Position numbers and translations under genes: made by a program. Below are positions 38,669 through 48,353 of a DNA stretch of 64,000 nucleotides, in pieces. The stretch covers positions 25,387 through 89,386 of the forward strand of contig JAJDER010000070.1 of the NCBI GenBank assembly GCA_029259725.1, in the 5' to 3' direction. A model generated the notes under the pieces. It was given only the letters and a program-made list of their open reading frames with translations. It did not search any database and had not been told where the DNA came from. Origin of the DNA: Planctomycetota bacterium (GTDB taxonomy: Bacteria; Planctomycetota; B15-G4). Position 1 is the stretch's first letter, and each line of letters starts with the position of its first letter.

Positions 38669-39904
38669 ATGTTCCCCGGATCGGACAACGCCGTGCCAGC
38701 CGGCACGCGTGTGGCCCTCGTGCACCACTGGTTGGTGCGACGGCGCGGGGGCGAGCGCGTGCTCGAGGCCCTGTCGCGAGCCCTGCCCGGTGCCGACCTG
38801 TTCACGCTGGTGCATGATCCCGAGCGCTGTCCCGCGCCGCGCGAGGTCGCCCGCGTCATCACCTCGCGTCTCGGGCGCATCCCGTTCGGGCGCCAGACCT
38901 TCCGCGCCTGGTTGCCGCTGTTCCCGAAGCTCTACGGCGAGCTCGATCTCTCGGGCCACGATCTCGTGGTCAGCAGCGACGCCTCGGTCGCCAAGGCGGT
39001 GACCGTGCCCGAGGGCGTGCCGCACCTCTGCTACTGCTACAGCCCGGTGCGCTACGCCTGGGATCTGCGCGAGGTCTACCTGGAGCGCGGCGTGCCGGCT
39101 CCGCTCCGGCCGCTGGCACGCGGCGTGCTCGAGGGCCTGCGCAAGGCCGACGCCGAGGCCGCCGGCCGGGTCGACCGCTTCGTGGCCATCTCCGCCCACG
39201 TGGCCGATCGCATCCGCCGCGCGTACGGCCGGGACTGCAGCATCGTCGCGCCGCCGGTGGACATCGCGTTCTTCACGCCCGGCGAGGAACACCCGGACGG
39301 CCCGACCCGCGCCGGCGAGGACCGCCCCTACCTGCTGCTGGGCGAGGCGGTGCCCTACAAGCGGTTCGACCTGGCCGTCGAGGCGTGCCGGCGCCTGGAT
39401 CGACCCCTGGTCGTCGCCGGCGGTGGGCCCGAGTTCCGCCGCCTGGCGGGGCTGGCCGGACCGCGGACACGCTTCGTGCGCGACCCCACGGACGAGCAAG
39501 TCCGGGAATTCTACCGGAGCTGTCGGGCACTCCTCTTTCCCGGTGAGGAGGACTTCGGGCTGGTCCCGGTGGAAGCCATGGCCTGCGGTCGACCGGTGGT
39601 CGCCTTCGGCCTCGGCGGAGCTGCAGAGACGGTCATCGACGGAGAAACCGGTGTGCTCTACGGCGGGGAGGGAGCCGAAGGCCTCATCACCGGCATCGAG
39701 CGCTTCGAGCGCGAGCAGGCCTCGCTGCGAGCCTCCGCCTGTGTCCGTCGCGCCGCGAACTACGGCCCTGCCGCCTTTCAGGCCGGTCTGCGGAGGGCCT
39801 TGGCCGAGGTCCTCTCGGATCGCACCGGCACTCCCTCCTCCCGGTCAGGCCGGCCATCCCAGGGCCTGCCGGACTCATCGGCGGATCCCGCCGCGACGTC
39901 GTGA
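38669..39904 (+). CDS. Glycosyltransferase family 4 (GT-B)
   Basis: VALVHHWLVRRRGGERVL, CYCYSPVRYAWD, PYKRFDL, EEDFGLVPVEAMACGRPVVA; TACACT 6 nt before ATG. Confidence 0.92.
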   Translation: MFPGSDNAVPAGTRVALVHHWLVRRRGGERVLEALSRALPGADLFTLVHDPERCPAPREVARVITSRLGRIPFGRQTFRAWLPLFPKLYGELDLSGHDLVVSSDASVAKAVTVPEGVPHLCYCYSPVRYAWDLREVYLERGVPAPLRPLARGVLEGLRKADAEAAGRVDRFVAISAHVADRIRRAYGRDCSIVAPPVDIAFFTPGEEHPDGPTRAGEDRPYLLLGEAVPYKRFDLAVEACRRLDRPLVVAGGGPEFRRLAGLAGPRTRFVRDPTDEQVREFYRSCRALLFPGEEDFGLVPVEAMACGRPVVAFGLGGAAETVIDGETGVLYGGEGAEGLITGIERFEREQASLRASACVRRAANYGPAAFQAGLRRALAEVLSDRTGTPSSRSGRPSQGLPDSSADPAATS

Positions 39905-40153
39905 GCCCCTGTTTGCGCGGCCTGTGACCCCGCGGCTCCCGAGGGTCACCGGGACCTTCCGGAAGGAACGCGGCTCGCGCGACGTCCCTCGCCCGGAGTG
40001 ACGGGCAGCCGCTCCGCCGACGGGCGAGCCGGCATGTGCACCCAGGGCGTATGAAGGAAGGGCGTGCAGCGGGCGCTTCGTTTTTGCAAATTCAGGTCAG
40101 AGGGGAACACGGGTCGGAGCCCTTCGCGCCCCGCTCGTGAAGGACCAGATCAC

Positions 40154-41545
40154 ATGTTGTCACGCCGCACGGAGACCTCACGCATCGCCCTGTTCCTGCT
40201 CGACCAGGTCCTGGTCGGGTTGGCATTCATGGCGGCGGTCGGTCTGCGCACGATCCTCGCGGGCCCGGGCCCCGACGCTCAGGAGTTCCTGATCCTGTAT
40301 GCGATGGCCACGCCGGCGGTGGCGGCGATGCTGGCCTGCTGCGGTTACTACAACCCGCGCCTCGAGCAGGAACCACCCACGCAGGGCACCAGCCGCGAGT
40401 TGCTCATCGGCGGTTTCCTGGCGATGGTCGTGGTGATGGCCACCGGCTTCCTCGTCGATCCGTCGGGGCTCGCCGGGCAGACGATCTACTCGCGCTCGGT
40501 GCCGCTGCTGTTCCTGGGCACGGCCTCGGTCGCGCTCTGGGTCTCGCGACTGCTCGTGACGGTCGCCAATCGCCAGCTCGCGGATGACCCCGGGCACAGC
40601 TCCAAGCTGCTCGTCTTCGGTCTGTCACAGCGCATGCTCAAGCTGCTGGCGACGTTCCAGCGCGCACCGCACACGCACATGAGCCTGCTGGGCGTCGCCG
40701 CCGATGCGGTCCCCACCGACGTCGGCCCACGGTTGACCACGGCCGAGGCGTTGGAGTGGCTCGAGCAGGGCAAGGCCGATCACGTGCTGGTGGAGGCGAG
40801 CCGGCTCGATCGTGACCTGCTGGACCGTGTCTTCGAGGTCGCCGACCGCGAGGGCGTCTCGGTCCACATCACCAGTTCGTTCTTCCCCTCGACCACGCTG
40901 GTGCCCACCTGGGAGCGCGTCGGCGGCGTGCCCCTGCTGGGCTTCGTGAGCGCCGAACTCCCGCTGGGCGCGAGGGCGGCGAAGCGCACCTTCGACGTGG
41001 TCGTGTCCGCGGTGCTGCTGCTGCTGCTGGCCGTGCCGATGCTGATCATCTCGACCCTCGTGAAGCTGACCTCATCGGGTTCGGCCTTGATCGTGCAGCA
41101 GCGCGTCGGCGAACACGGGCACACCTTCCCGATGCTGAAGTTCCGCACCATGGTCGACGACGCCGAGCGGGTCTCGGGCCCGGTCATGGCCACCGGCAAC
41201 GACCCGCGCTGCACCACGTTCGGTCGCTTCCTGCGTCGCACGAACCTGGACGAGCTGCCGCAGCTGGCCAACGTGTTGCTGGGCCACATGAGCCTGGTCG
41301 GCCCGCGGCCCGAGCGCCCCGAGTTCGTGGGCCGCTTCAAGCGGGACATCCCGCGCTACGCCCACAAGCACTGGGTCAAGCCGGGCATCACCGGGTGGGC
41401 GCAGATCCACGGGCTGCGCGGTTCGGGCACGAGCCTCGACGACCGCGTCGAGCACGACCTCTACTACATCGAGAACTGGTCGCTGCTGCTCGACATCCGC
41501 ATCCTCGTGCGGACGCTCTTCGACGGCTACCTGAACGCGGCCTGA
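40154..41545 (+). CDS. Polyprenyl-phosphate glycosylphosphotransferase (WcaJ/WbaP-like priming transferase)
   Basis: N-terminal TMs; KRTFD, KFRTM, DPRCT..GRFLRRTNLDELPQL.NVL.GHMSLVGPRPE, KPGITGWAQI, DLYYIENWS. Confidence 0.93.
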   Translation: MLSRRTETSRIALFLLDQVLVGLAFMAAVGLRTILAGPGPDAQEFLILYAMATPAVAAMLACCGYYNPRLEQEPPTQGTSRELLIGGFLAMVVVMATGFLVDPSGLAGQTIYSRSVPLLFLGTASVALWVSRLLVTVANRQLADDPGHSSKLLVFGLSQRMLKLLATFQRAPHTHMSLLGVAADAVPTDVGPRLTTAEALEWLEQGKADHVLVEASRLDRDLLDRVFEVADREGVSVHITSSFFPSTTLVPTWERVGGVPLLGFVSAELPLGARAAKRTFDVVVSAVLLLLLAVPMLIISTLVKLTSSGSALIVQQRVGEHGHTFPMLKFRTMVDDAERVSGPVMATGNDPRCTTFGRFLRRTNLDELPQLANVLLGHMSLVGPRPERPEFVGRFKRDIPRYAHKHWVKPGITGWAQIHGLRGSGTSLDDRVEHDLYYIENWSLLLDIRILVRTLFDGYLNAA

Positions 41546-41571
41546 CCGCCCGCGCGCCCGTCAGGGCGCCT

Positions 41572-41639
41572 GCCTGCCAGGCCGGACCGCCCGCCAGGCC
41601 GGACCGCCCGCCAGGCAGGACCGCCTGCCAGGCCGGACC
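41572..41639. repeat. 17-bp tandem repeat x4 between convergent genes
   Basis: GCC(T/C)GCCAGGC(C/A)GGACC x4. Confidence 0.88.
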
Positions 41640-41640
41640 G

Positions 41641-42219
41641 TCAGGCCGCACCCGGCCGCAGGTAGAAACCATCGATGCGCGGCGCCGGTGAGCCCAGCCT
41701 CGACGTCGCCTCGTCGCACAGGCTCGGGATGTCGAGACCGGCGAGCCATTCCTGCCCGCTCTCATCCACGGCCTGACGCAGGTAGCGAAGCGCCGTCTCG
41801 AGCAGGCGGTCCGCGCCACGATCGTGGGTGCGCTCGCGGTTGAGGGCGCACGCGGCGAGCTGGATCAGGCCCTGCAACAGGTGCAGCTGGGGCTCGTCGC
41901 GGCCCTGGCAAGTCCGCCAGGCGCCCTCCCAGGCCTCGTGCGCCTCCCACCACCAGCCGCGGTTGAAGAAGTCCGTGCCGCGCAGGTACGCGCTGTTGTC
42001 CATCCACCGCTGGACGGGCAGGTAGGGCGGATCGAGCTCCTCGACGCCGTGGGCGTAGCCACCCTGCATGGACGGGTGCGGCGTGTGCCCCGGCACGAAG
42101 CGATACGGCGGGAAGGGCTCGTCGACCAGCAGGGCCGGCGCACCCGGCACCCCCTCCACCGGGCGCTCGGGTGGCGTCGGGCGGCGTGACGGCGGCGGCG
42201 CGTCGTCAGCCACGCTCAA
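41641..42219 (-). CDS. DUF309 domain protein
   Basis: GTDFFNRGWWWEAHEAWEGAW...LQGLIQLAA. Confidence 0.85.
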   Translation of the reverse strand: MSVADDAPPPSRRPTPPERPVEGVPGAPALLVDEPFPPYRFVPGHTPHPSMQGGYAHGVEELDPPYLPVQRWMDNSAYLRGTDFFNRGWWWEAHEAWEGAWRTCQGRDEPQLHLLQGLIQLAACALNRERTHDRGADRLLETALRYLRQAVDESGQEWLAGLDIPSLCDEATSRLGSPAPRIDGFYLRPGAA

Positions 42220-43400
42220 CCCCCGCTCCAGGAGACCGCGGGCGAGTCCGCGCCCGGCGGCGGGCTCTCGCCGTCCTCCTGCTCGAGCCAGCCGTGAGGC
42301 AGGTGCACCTTGTCCTGGCTATGGCCGCGCTTGGCACGGGGCACGCGCAGCGCCCTGGCGGGGAACGGGATGTCCGGGTCGAGGTGCGAGAGCCAGCGGC
42401 GCATGTCCACGAGCGTGTCGATGTGTTGCAACCCCTCGCGCACGACCGCCGAGCCGGGGAAGCCCTTCGTGTACCAGCTGCACCACTTGCGCATCTCGAG
42501 GATGCCCTTCGTCTCGCCGAAGTACTCGACCAGCAGCTCCGCGTGCTCGAAGACGACGCCCAGCACTTCGCCCAGCGCGGGCGGGTCGGCGGGCTCGGTG
42601 CCGTCGAAGACCTGGGCCAGCTCGCGGAACAGCCACGGGCGGCCGAGGCAACCGCGGCCGATGATCACGCCGTCGCAGCCCGTGGCGCGCATCATGCGCA
42701 GCGCGTCCCAGCACTCCCAGATGTCGCCGTTGCCCAGGATCGGGATGGTGGCCTGCTCGGTGATGCGCGCGATCCAGTCCCAGTCGGCCTGGCCGCTGTA
42801 GCCGGCCTGCGCCGTGCGCGCGTGGACGCCCATCCAGCGGCAGCCGGCGTCGGTCGTGGCGGCCAGGGCGTCGGCCCAGGTGTGGCGGTCGTCATCGAGG
42901 CCGAGGCGGATCTTGGTGGTCACCGGCACCTCGCCCGCCGCGCGCACGACCGCCGTGAGCACCGCTCCCATGAGCTTCGGCCGCGCGGGCAAGGCCGAGC
43001 CACTGCCGCGTCCGGTCACCTTGCGCACCGGGCAGCCCATGTTGATGTCGATGTGATCGACACCGACCTCCTCGACCAGGAAGCGCGCGGCGTCGGCCAT
43101 GTCGCTCGGGTCGGCGCCGAAGATCTGGATCGAGCGGATCGGCTCGTCGTCGGCGAAGCTGGCCATGCCCACCGTGCGCGCGTTGCGCTCGGAGAGTCCG
43201 CGCGAGTGCACCATCTCGGCCACGTAGAGCCCCGCGCCCATGCGGCGACAGAGGCTGCGGTACGGCGGGTTGGTCACGCCGGCCATGGGCGCGAGCACCA
43301 CCGGCGGCCAGAGCGACACCGCGTTCGTCAGCGGCAGCGGCGCGAACTCGCCGGGCGCCGCCACGGGCACGTCGGCGTTGATCTCGGAGCGGAGGGCCAT
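42216..43400 (-). CDS. dusB: tRNA-dihydrouridine synthase
   Basis: LAPMAGVT, IDINMGCPVRKV, VTTKIRLG, VHART, ILGNGDI, IGRGCLGRPWLF. Confidence 0.92.
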   Translation of the reverse strand: MALRSEINADVPVAAPGEFAPLPLTNAVSLWPPVVLAPMAGVTNPPYRSLCRRMGAGLYVAEMVHSRGLSERNARTVGMASFADDEPIRSIQIFGADPSDMADAARFLVEEVGVDHIDINMGCPVRKVTGRGSGSALPARPKLMGAVLTAVVRAAGEVPVTTKIRLGLDDDRHTWADALAATTDAGCRWMGVHARTAQAGYSGQADWDWIARITEQATIPILGNGDIWECWDALRMMRATGCDGVIIGRGCLGRPWLFRELAQVFDGTEPADPPALGEVLGVVFEHAELLVEYFGETKGILEMRKWCSWYTKGFPGSAVVREGLQHIDTLVDMRRWLSHLDPDIPFPARALRVPRAKRGHSQDKVHLPHGWLEQEDGESPPPGADSPAVSWSGG

Positions 43401-43457
43401 GGAACCCCCGAGTGTAGCGGCCCCGGCACGGGCTGCGGTGCCCGGCCCCGCCACGGT

Positions 43458-44180
43458 CTAGCCGGCGCGTGCCGGGCAGCGCCGTGGCGACGGCCCGCGT
43501 CGGCCTCGGAAGTGTTCCCCGGGCGCGGCGGAGACCGCCTTCGAGTCCCGGTCGAAAGCCCGCCAGCACCAGTCGAAGGAGGCGCTCGTCGGATTGAGGC
43601 CGACCCGCGGAGACCACGCCAGACGCGGAGCCGCGTCCTGCTCCGCCGCCGCGAGGTACAACGGCCCGTCGCCGTCGGTGAGGTCCACGGTGTTCAGGGT
43701 GCGATCGATGCCGAAGGCCACGCACAGTCGACCCGGTCCCCGCGCCAGCTGGTGGTCCTTGCCCGCCAGCAGCTCCCTGCGCGTGGGGCCGTCTCCCAGG
43801 CGGAGCAGCCGGCGCTCGCGCATGAGCTCGAGCCCGACCCGCGGCTCCACCGCGCGCAACAGCACCGCCTTGCCCCCCGCGTCGCCCTGGGCGGTGACGT
43901 TGACGCAGAAGCAGCGGCCCTGGGTGGCGTAGACGTAGGCGTGACCCGCCGGCCCGAACATGACTTCGCACCGCGGGGTCGGGCCGCGGAAGCTGTGTGC
44001 ACTCGGGTCGACGCCCTCGCCGCCGTAGGCCTCGACTTCGACGATGCGCCCGGTGATCCAGCCCGCTCCGCACCGGCGCACGAGCTGCCGTCCCACCAGC
44101 GCCCGCGCCAGATCCACCACCGGCTGCTCGAAGAACGCCCGCGTGAGCGCGCCGGTCCGCGTGGCGCGCTGGCGACTCAC
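43458..44180 (-). CDS. mpg: DNA-3-methyladenine glycosylase (MPG/AAG family)
   Basis: GRIVEVEAY, AHSFRGPTPR...MFGPAGHAYVY, AVLLRAVEP, GPGRLC; GTG 44180 overlaps the upstream stop. Confidence 0.9.
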   Translation of the reverse strand: MSRQRATRTGALTRAFFEQPVVDLARALVGRQLVRRCGAGWITGRIVEVEAYGGEGVDPSAHSFRGPTPRCEVMFGPAGHAYVYATQGRCFCVNVTAQGDAGGKAVLLRAVEPRVGLELMRERRLLRLGDGPTRRELLAGKDHQLARGPGRLCVAFGIDRTLNTVDLTDGDGPLYLAAAEQDAAPRLAWSPRVGLNPTSASFDWCWRAFDRDSKAVSAAPGEHFRGRRGPSPRRCPARAG

Positions 44181-46066
44181 GGGCACTCGCCCGGCAACCC
44201 CATCTCGCTCCAGGTCGCGCGCACGCGCTCGAGCACTTCCGGCGGATGCACCTGCTCGGTGGGCCACGGGCGCTCGAAACCGTCCGCTGCGCCCTTGCTG
44301 GTCACGTCGATCCCGAGCCGACGCGGATGCCAGTTGGCACGCTCGCGCAGCGAGGCGTCACGGGTCGCGTTGCCCGACCGCTGCACGTCTCGCTCCGGGT
44401 CGATGTGCGCCAGGGTCAGCCACATGAGCCGCGTGAGGTCGTCGAGACGTTCGCCCTTGTCCAGCACGAGCACCCGGTCGGTGACCACGCCGAAGCCCTG
44501 GCGCTCGCCCAGATCCCAGACCTGCTCCATGGTGACGCGCGGGATGCCCGGCGTGACCTTGTCCACCGTGACCGCCACCGCGCCCGCGCCGATCACCGCC
44601 GCCTGCTCGATCCCCGGCAGGGCCTCCAGCGCGGCCACGACCGTGTCCGCGTCGGGCGGCATGACGTCCAGCTCGCTGCGTCGCAGGCCCTCGGCGGGGA
44701 ACTCGTCGGTGAGGTCGATGACCACCTTGCTGCCGAAGTGCAACGCGCGGCTGGCGTGATCCAGCGTCTCGGTCGGGCCGAACACGAACTCCAGGTCGCG
44801 CGAGGCGTCGAGCCGGTCCAGCAGCAGCCGCGTCAGCGCGTCGTCGTCCTCGAGATCGGGACCGTCCTGGTCCACGACGAGGATGACCTTGGTGAACATC
44901 GCCTGGCCGAGCCCCCAGACGGAGTGCGCCACCTTGCGCGCCTGGCCCGGGTACTCCTTCTTGATGCGCAGGATCATCAGGTTGTGGAACACGCCCGCGA
45001 AGGGCAGGCGCATGTCGATCACCTCGGGCATGACCTTGCGCTGCAGCGGCAGGAACAGGCGCTCGATGGCGGCGGCCATCCAACAGTCCTCCTGCGGTGG
45101 CGAACCCACCACGGTCGTGTGCCAGACGGCGTCCTTGCGATGCGTGATCGCCGTGACGTGCAGCACGTCGTAGTCGTCGGCCAGGGAATAGAACCCGGTG
45201 TGGTCACCGAAGGGACCCTCACGGCGCTTCTCGTCGACGTTGACCCAGCCCTCGATGACGAACTCGGCGCAGGCCGGAACCTCCAGGTCCACGGTGCGGC
45301 ACTTGACCAGATCCACCGGCTTGCGCTGCAGGAACGCGGCGAAGAGCAGCTCGTCGACACCGGGCGGCAAGGGGCACACGGCCGAGAAGACCGTGGCCGC
45401 GCTGGCTCCGATGGCCACGGCCACGGGCATCGCCTCGCGCCCGAGCTCGGCGGTGCGACGCAGGTGCTCGGCCGCGGTGTGGTGCGTGTGGACATGGAAG
45501 CCGAGCGTGTTCGCGTCGTAGCGCTGCAGGCGGTACATGCCGCAGTTGCGCGCGCCGCTCACCGGATCCTTGGTGAAGACCAGCGGCAGGGTGACCACGG
45601 GTCCGGCGTCCTCGGGCCAGGTGCGCAGGATCGGGAGTTCGAACAGGTCCACGTCGTCCCCCTCGTGGACGACCTCCTGGCACGGCCCGGTACCGCGGTG
45701 GCGCGGGAAGAGCTTCGACAGCCGGCCCAGGAGCGGCAGCACGGCCAACTTGTCGCGCAGGCTGGTCCTCGGCTTCTCGAGCCGCTCGATGAAGTCCCCC
45801 ACCAGGCCCTCGAGGTCCTGCCAGCGGTCCACACCACAGGCGATGCGCATGCGTTGCCGGCTGCCGTGGCTGTTGATCAGCACCGGAAAGCGGCTGTCCT
45901 TCACGTTCGTGAACAGCAGCGCCTTGTTCCCCACGTCGCCGGCCCGGGAGACGCGGTCCGCGATGGCCGCGATCTCGAGCTCGGTGTCGACCTCCCGATC
46001 GATGGTCAGGAGCTCCCCGGCGGCCTCCAGCTCGGCCATGAAGGAACGCAGGTCCGGCTGGCTCAA
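44177..46066 (-). CDS. UbiD family prFMN-dependent decarboxylase (menaquinone/futalosine-pathway MqnL-like), long form
   Basis: DLRSFMAELEAAGEL, RNCGMYRLQ, EGPFGDHTGFY, PPQED, KKEYPGQARKV, GLGQAMFTK, LDHAS; start uncertain (TTG 46066). Confidence 0.9.
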   Translation of the reverse strand: MSQPDLRSFMAELEAAGELLTIDREVDTELEIAAIADRVSRAGDVGNKALLFTNVKDSRFPVLINSHGSRQRMRIACGVDRWQDLEGLVGDFIERLEKPRTSLRDKLAVLPLLGRLSKLFPRHRGTGPCQEVVHEGDDVDLFELPILRTWPEDAGPVVTLPLVFTKDPVSGARNCGMYRLQRYDANTLGFHVHTHHTAAEHLRRTAELGREAMPVAVAIGASAATVFSAVCPLPPGVDELLFAAFLQRKPVDLVKCRTVDLEVPACAEFVIEGWVNVDEKRREGPFGDHTGFYSLADDYDVLHVTAITHRKDAVWHTTVVGSPPQEDCWMAAAIERLFLPLQRKVMPEVIDMRLPFAGVFHNLMILRIKKEYPGQARKVAHSVWGLGQAMFTKVILVVDQDGPDLEDDDALTRLLLDRLDASRDLEFVFGPTETLDHASRALHFGSKVVIDLTDEFPAEGLRRSELDVMPPDADTVVAALEALPGIEQAAVIGAGAVAVTVDKVTPGIPRVTMEQVWDLGERQGFGVVTDRVLVLDKGERLDDLTRLMWLTLAHIDPERDVQRSGNATRDASLRERANWHPRRLGIDVTSKGAADGFERPWPTEQVHPPEVLERVRATWSEMGLPGECP

Positions 46067-46170
46067 CGCACGGGTCTCCGAACGACGTGGGGAATCACCC
46101 ATCATAGCCAGGGCGGTACCATGGGATGCCCCGGAAGTCCCGAGCACCCCCTCTCTCGAGCCCCGACATC

Positions 46171-46998
46171 GTGACGACCTACGACGAACTCGCCAAGGCC
46201 GCCGACTTCGTCTCCGCCCGCCTCGGACGCGCCCCCATCGGCATCGTCCTCGGCTCGGGGCTCTCGGAGACGCTCGACAGCGTGGACCGCCCACGCTTCC
46301 TCGACTACACCGAGATCCCGGGCCTGCCCGGCACCAGCATCGTCGGCCACCGCGGCGCCCTGCTCCACGGTCACATGGGCGACGTGGCCATCCTCGGCCT
46401 GTGCGGCCGCGTCCACCTCTACGAGGGCCGGCCGATCGAGGAGATCGTCGCGCCCGTACGTCTGCTGTCGATGCTCGGCGTGCACACCCTGGTCGTGACC
46501 TCGGCCGTGGGGTCGGCCGACCCGGAGCTGCTCCCCGGCCACGTGATGGCCGTCGAGGATCACATCAATCTCTCCGGCGAGAACGTGCTGGCCGGCGAGA
46601 GCGACAACCGCTTCGGCTCGCGCTTCCCCGACATGACCCAGGCCTATGACAAGACCTGCATCGCGATCGTCGAGGAGGTCGCCGCCCTGGCCGGCATCCC
46701 CATGCGCCGCGGCATCCTGGCCCAGTTCCGCGGCCCGTCCTACGAGACGCCGGCCGAGGTGCGCATGGCCAAGACGCTCGGCGCGCGCGTGGTGAGCATG
46801 TCGATGGTCCCCGAGGTGCTCGCCGCCCGGCAGCGCGGCATGCGCGTGCTCGGGCTCGCCGCCGTGACCAACCTCGCCGCCGGCCTGGGCCTCGCCGCCC
46901 TCGAACACCAGGACGTCCTGCGCAGCAGCGCGACCAACGCCGAGATCCTGCAGAACCTGCTCTCGGGCGTCGTGCCGCGCCTGGCCGCCATGCCCTGA
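46171..46998 (+). CDS. Purine-nucleoside phosphorylase (trimeric, inosine/guanosine type)
   Basis: VLGSGL, GRVHLYEG, DHINL, GPSYETPAE, MSMVPE, TNLAAG. Confidence 0.92.
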   Translation: MTTYDELAKAADFVSARLGRAPIGIVLGSGLSETLDSVDRPRFLDYTEIPGLPGTSIVGHRGALLHGHMGDVAILGLCGRVHLYEGRPIEEIVAPVRLLSMLGVHTLVVTSAVGSADPELLPGHVMAVEDHINLSGENVLAGESDNRFGSRFPDMTQAYDKTCIAIVEEVAALAGIPMRRGILAQFRGPSYETPAEVRMAKTLGARVVSMSMVPEVLAARQRGMRVLGLAAVTNLAAGLGLAALEHQDVLRSSATNAEILQNLLSGVVPRLAAMP

Positions 46999-47002
46999 CG
47001 CA

Positions 47003-47074
47003 CTTCGCCGGCCCCATCGCCGGCCCCATCGCCTCGCCCATCGCCCCGCCGGACACCTCGCCCGACACCTGCCC
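47003..47074. repeat. Degenerate 12-bp tandem repeat (6 units)
   Basis: CTTCGCCGGCCC, CATCGCCGGCCC, CATCGCCTCGCC, CATCGCCCCGCC, GGACACCTCGCC, CGACACCTGCCC. Confidence 0.7.
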
Positions 47075-47090
47075 TGGACCGAGCCCTTTC

Positions 47091-47660
47091 ATGACCGAGA
47101 CCACCGGTGCCCCCATGACGCTTGGCAACCACTACCCCTCGCAGGCCGAGGTCCTGTTCAAGGGCAGCGAGATCCACGCCAGGGTCGGCGAGATGGCCGC
47201 GGACATCCGCGACGTGTACGGCGACGAGGAGATCACCATCGTCGCCGTCCTCCACGGCGCGCTGATCTTCGTGGCCGACCTGATGCGGGCGTTGCCGATG
47301 CCCATGCACCTGACGGCGGTCGTCGCGAGCAGTTACCGCGGCGCCGCCACGAGCCCCGGCGAACTCGAGATCTCGCTGAACAGCGAACTCGACATCGCCG
47401 ACCGGCACGTGCTGCTCGTGGACGACATCCTCGACACCGGGCGGACGCTGTTCCGGCTCAAGCAGATCGTGGCCGCCCACCATCCGCGCTCGGTGCGCGT
47501 GGCCGCCCTGGTCGACAAGCCGTCCCGGCGCGTCGCCGAGCTGAAGGCCGACTTCGTGGGCTTCGAGATCCCCGACCTGTTCATCGTCGGCTACGGGCTC
47601 GACTTCAACGGGCACTACCGCAACCTGCCGGACATCGTGGCGCTGCCCGCCGGCACCTGA
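47091..47660 (+). CDS. hpt: Hypoxanthine phosphoribosyltransferase
   Basis: VLHGALIFVADL, SSY, VLLVDDILDTGRTL PRPP motif, FIVGYGLDF...YRNLP. Confidence 0.93.
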   Translation: MTETTGAPMTLGNHYPSQAEVLFKGSEIHARVGEMAADIRDVYGDEEITIVAVLHGALIFVADLMRALPMPMHLTAVVASSYRGAATSPGELEISLNSELDIADRHVLLVDDILDTGRTLFRLKQIVAAHHPRSVRVAALVDKPSRRVAELKADFVGFEIPDLFIVGYGLDFNGHYRNLPDIVALPAGT

Positions 47661-47662
47661 CG

Positions 47663-47893
47663 TCAGCCGGGCTTCGCCCCGGATCCACGGGGCACCTCGG
47701 GCGCGGGGCTCTCGGGGCACTGACCGCACGCCGTGGGCGGGGTCACGCGGCGGATGGGCTCGCACAGGGCCTCGTAGTACAGGCGACACGCGCACCACTC
47801 GGGGAAACGCAGCAGCTGCGCCTCGGTGACCGGGTGGCCGTCGCTGGCGATGGCCCCTTCACTGTTGCGTCGGCGTCGACGACGTCTGGCCAT
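47663..47893 (-). CDS. Small hypothetical protein with poly-Arg N-terminus and five Cys
   Basis: MARRRRRRRN...WCACRLYYEALC...CGQC; purine-rich AGGGGG upstream; fills the gap after the hpt stop. Confidence 0.5.
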   Translation of the reverse strand: MARRRRRRRNSEGAIASDGHPVTEAQLLRFPEWCACRLYYEALCEPIRRVTPPTACGQCPESPAPEVPRGSGAKPG

Positions 47894-47993
47894 CCGATGC
47901 CCCCTGGGTACCTGACGTGGACCGTCGTGGCGACGTGCTGTCGTCAGCCCGACGATTCACGAAGAGGCAGGCTACCCAGCAACGGGGGCGTCG

Positions 47994-48353
47994 TCACGAG
48001 AGCCGCTCGTCCGTTGATGCGCACTCCTCGATCGGCGCGGGCAGCGTGACGAACAACAGACAGCCTTCGCGCGAGTGCGGTCGGTGCACCGACCCCGGCG
48101 GATGCCAGACATGGCTGCCCTCCCCCCACGTGCTCCCGCCGTCCTCGATCGACCCGGCGAGCACCAGGTACTGCTCCCCCTGCGGGTGTCGATGCGCCGT
48201 GTACGACGCGCCAGGTTCGAAGCGCAAGAGCACCGACGAGGCGCCGGTCTCGGGATCGAAGCGCAGCTTCTTCCAGCGCACGCCCTCGACCGGCGTCGGC
48301 CGCCAGGGAAGGTTGCCACTGTCGGTGTAGGCACTCGGGTGGATCGACGGCAC
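47994..48353 (-). CDS. ChrR-like cupin domain protein
   Basis: LPWRPTPVEGVRWKKL...LLRFEPGASYTAHRHPQGEQYLVLAG...HPPGSVHRPHSREGC. Confidence 0.88.
   Translation of the reverse strand: MPSIHPSAYTDSGNLPWRPTPVEGVRWKKLRFDPETGASSVLLRFEPGASYTAHRHPQGEQYLVLAGSIEDGGSTWGEGSHVWHPPGSVHRPHSREGCLLFVTLPAPIEECASTDERLS

Noticed and set aside
46171-46998. PNP as futalosine hydrolase (MqnB) because it is divergent from the UbiD/MqnL-like gene
   Set aside because: Its motifs (GSGL, GRxHxYEG, GPSYET, TN) are those of trimeric phosphate-dependent PNP, not the MTAN/MqnB hydrolases
47972-48334. 120-aa minus-strand ORF
   Set aside because: Wrong frame; the cupin motifs are in the 47994..48353 frame
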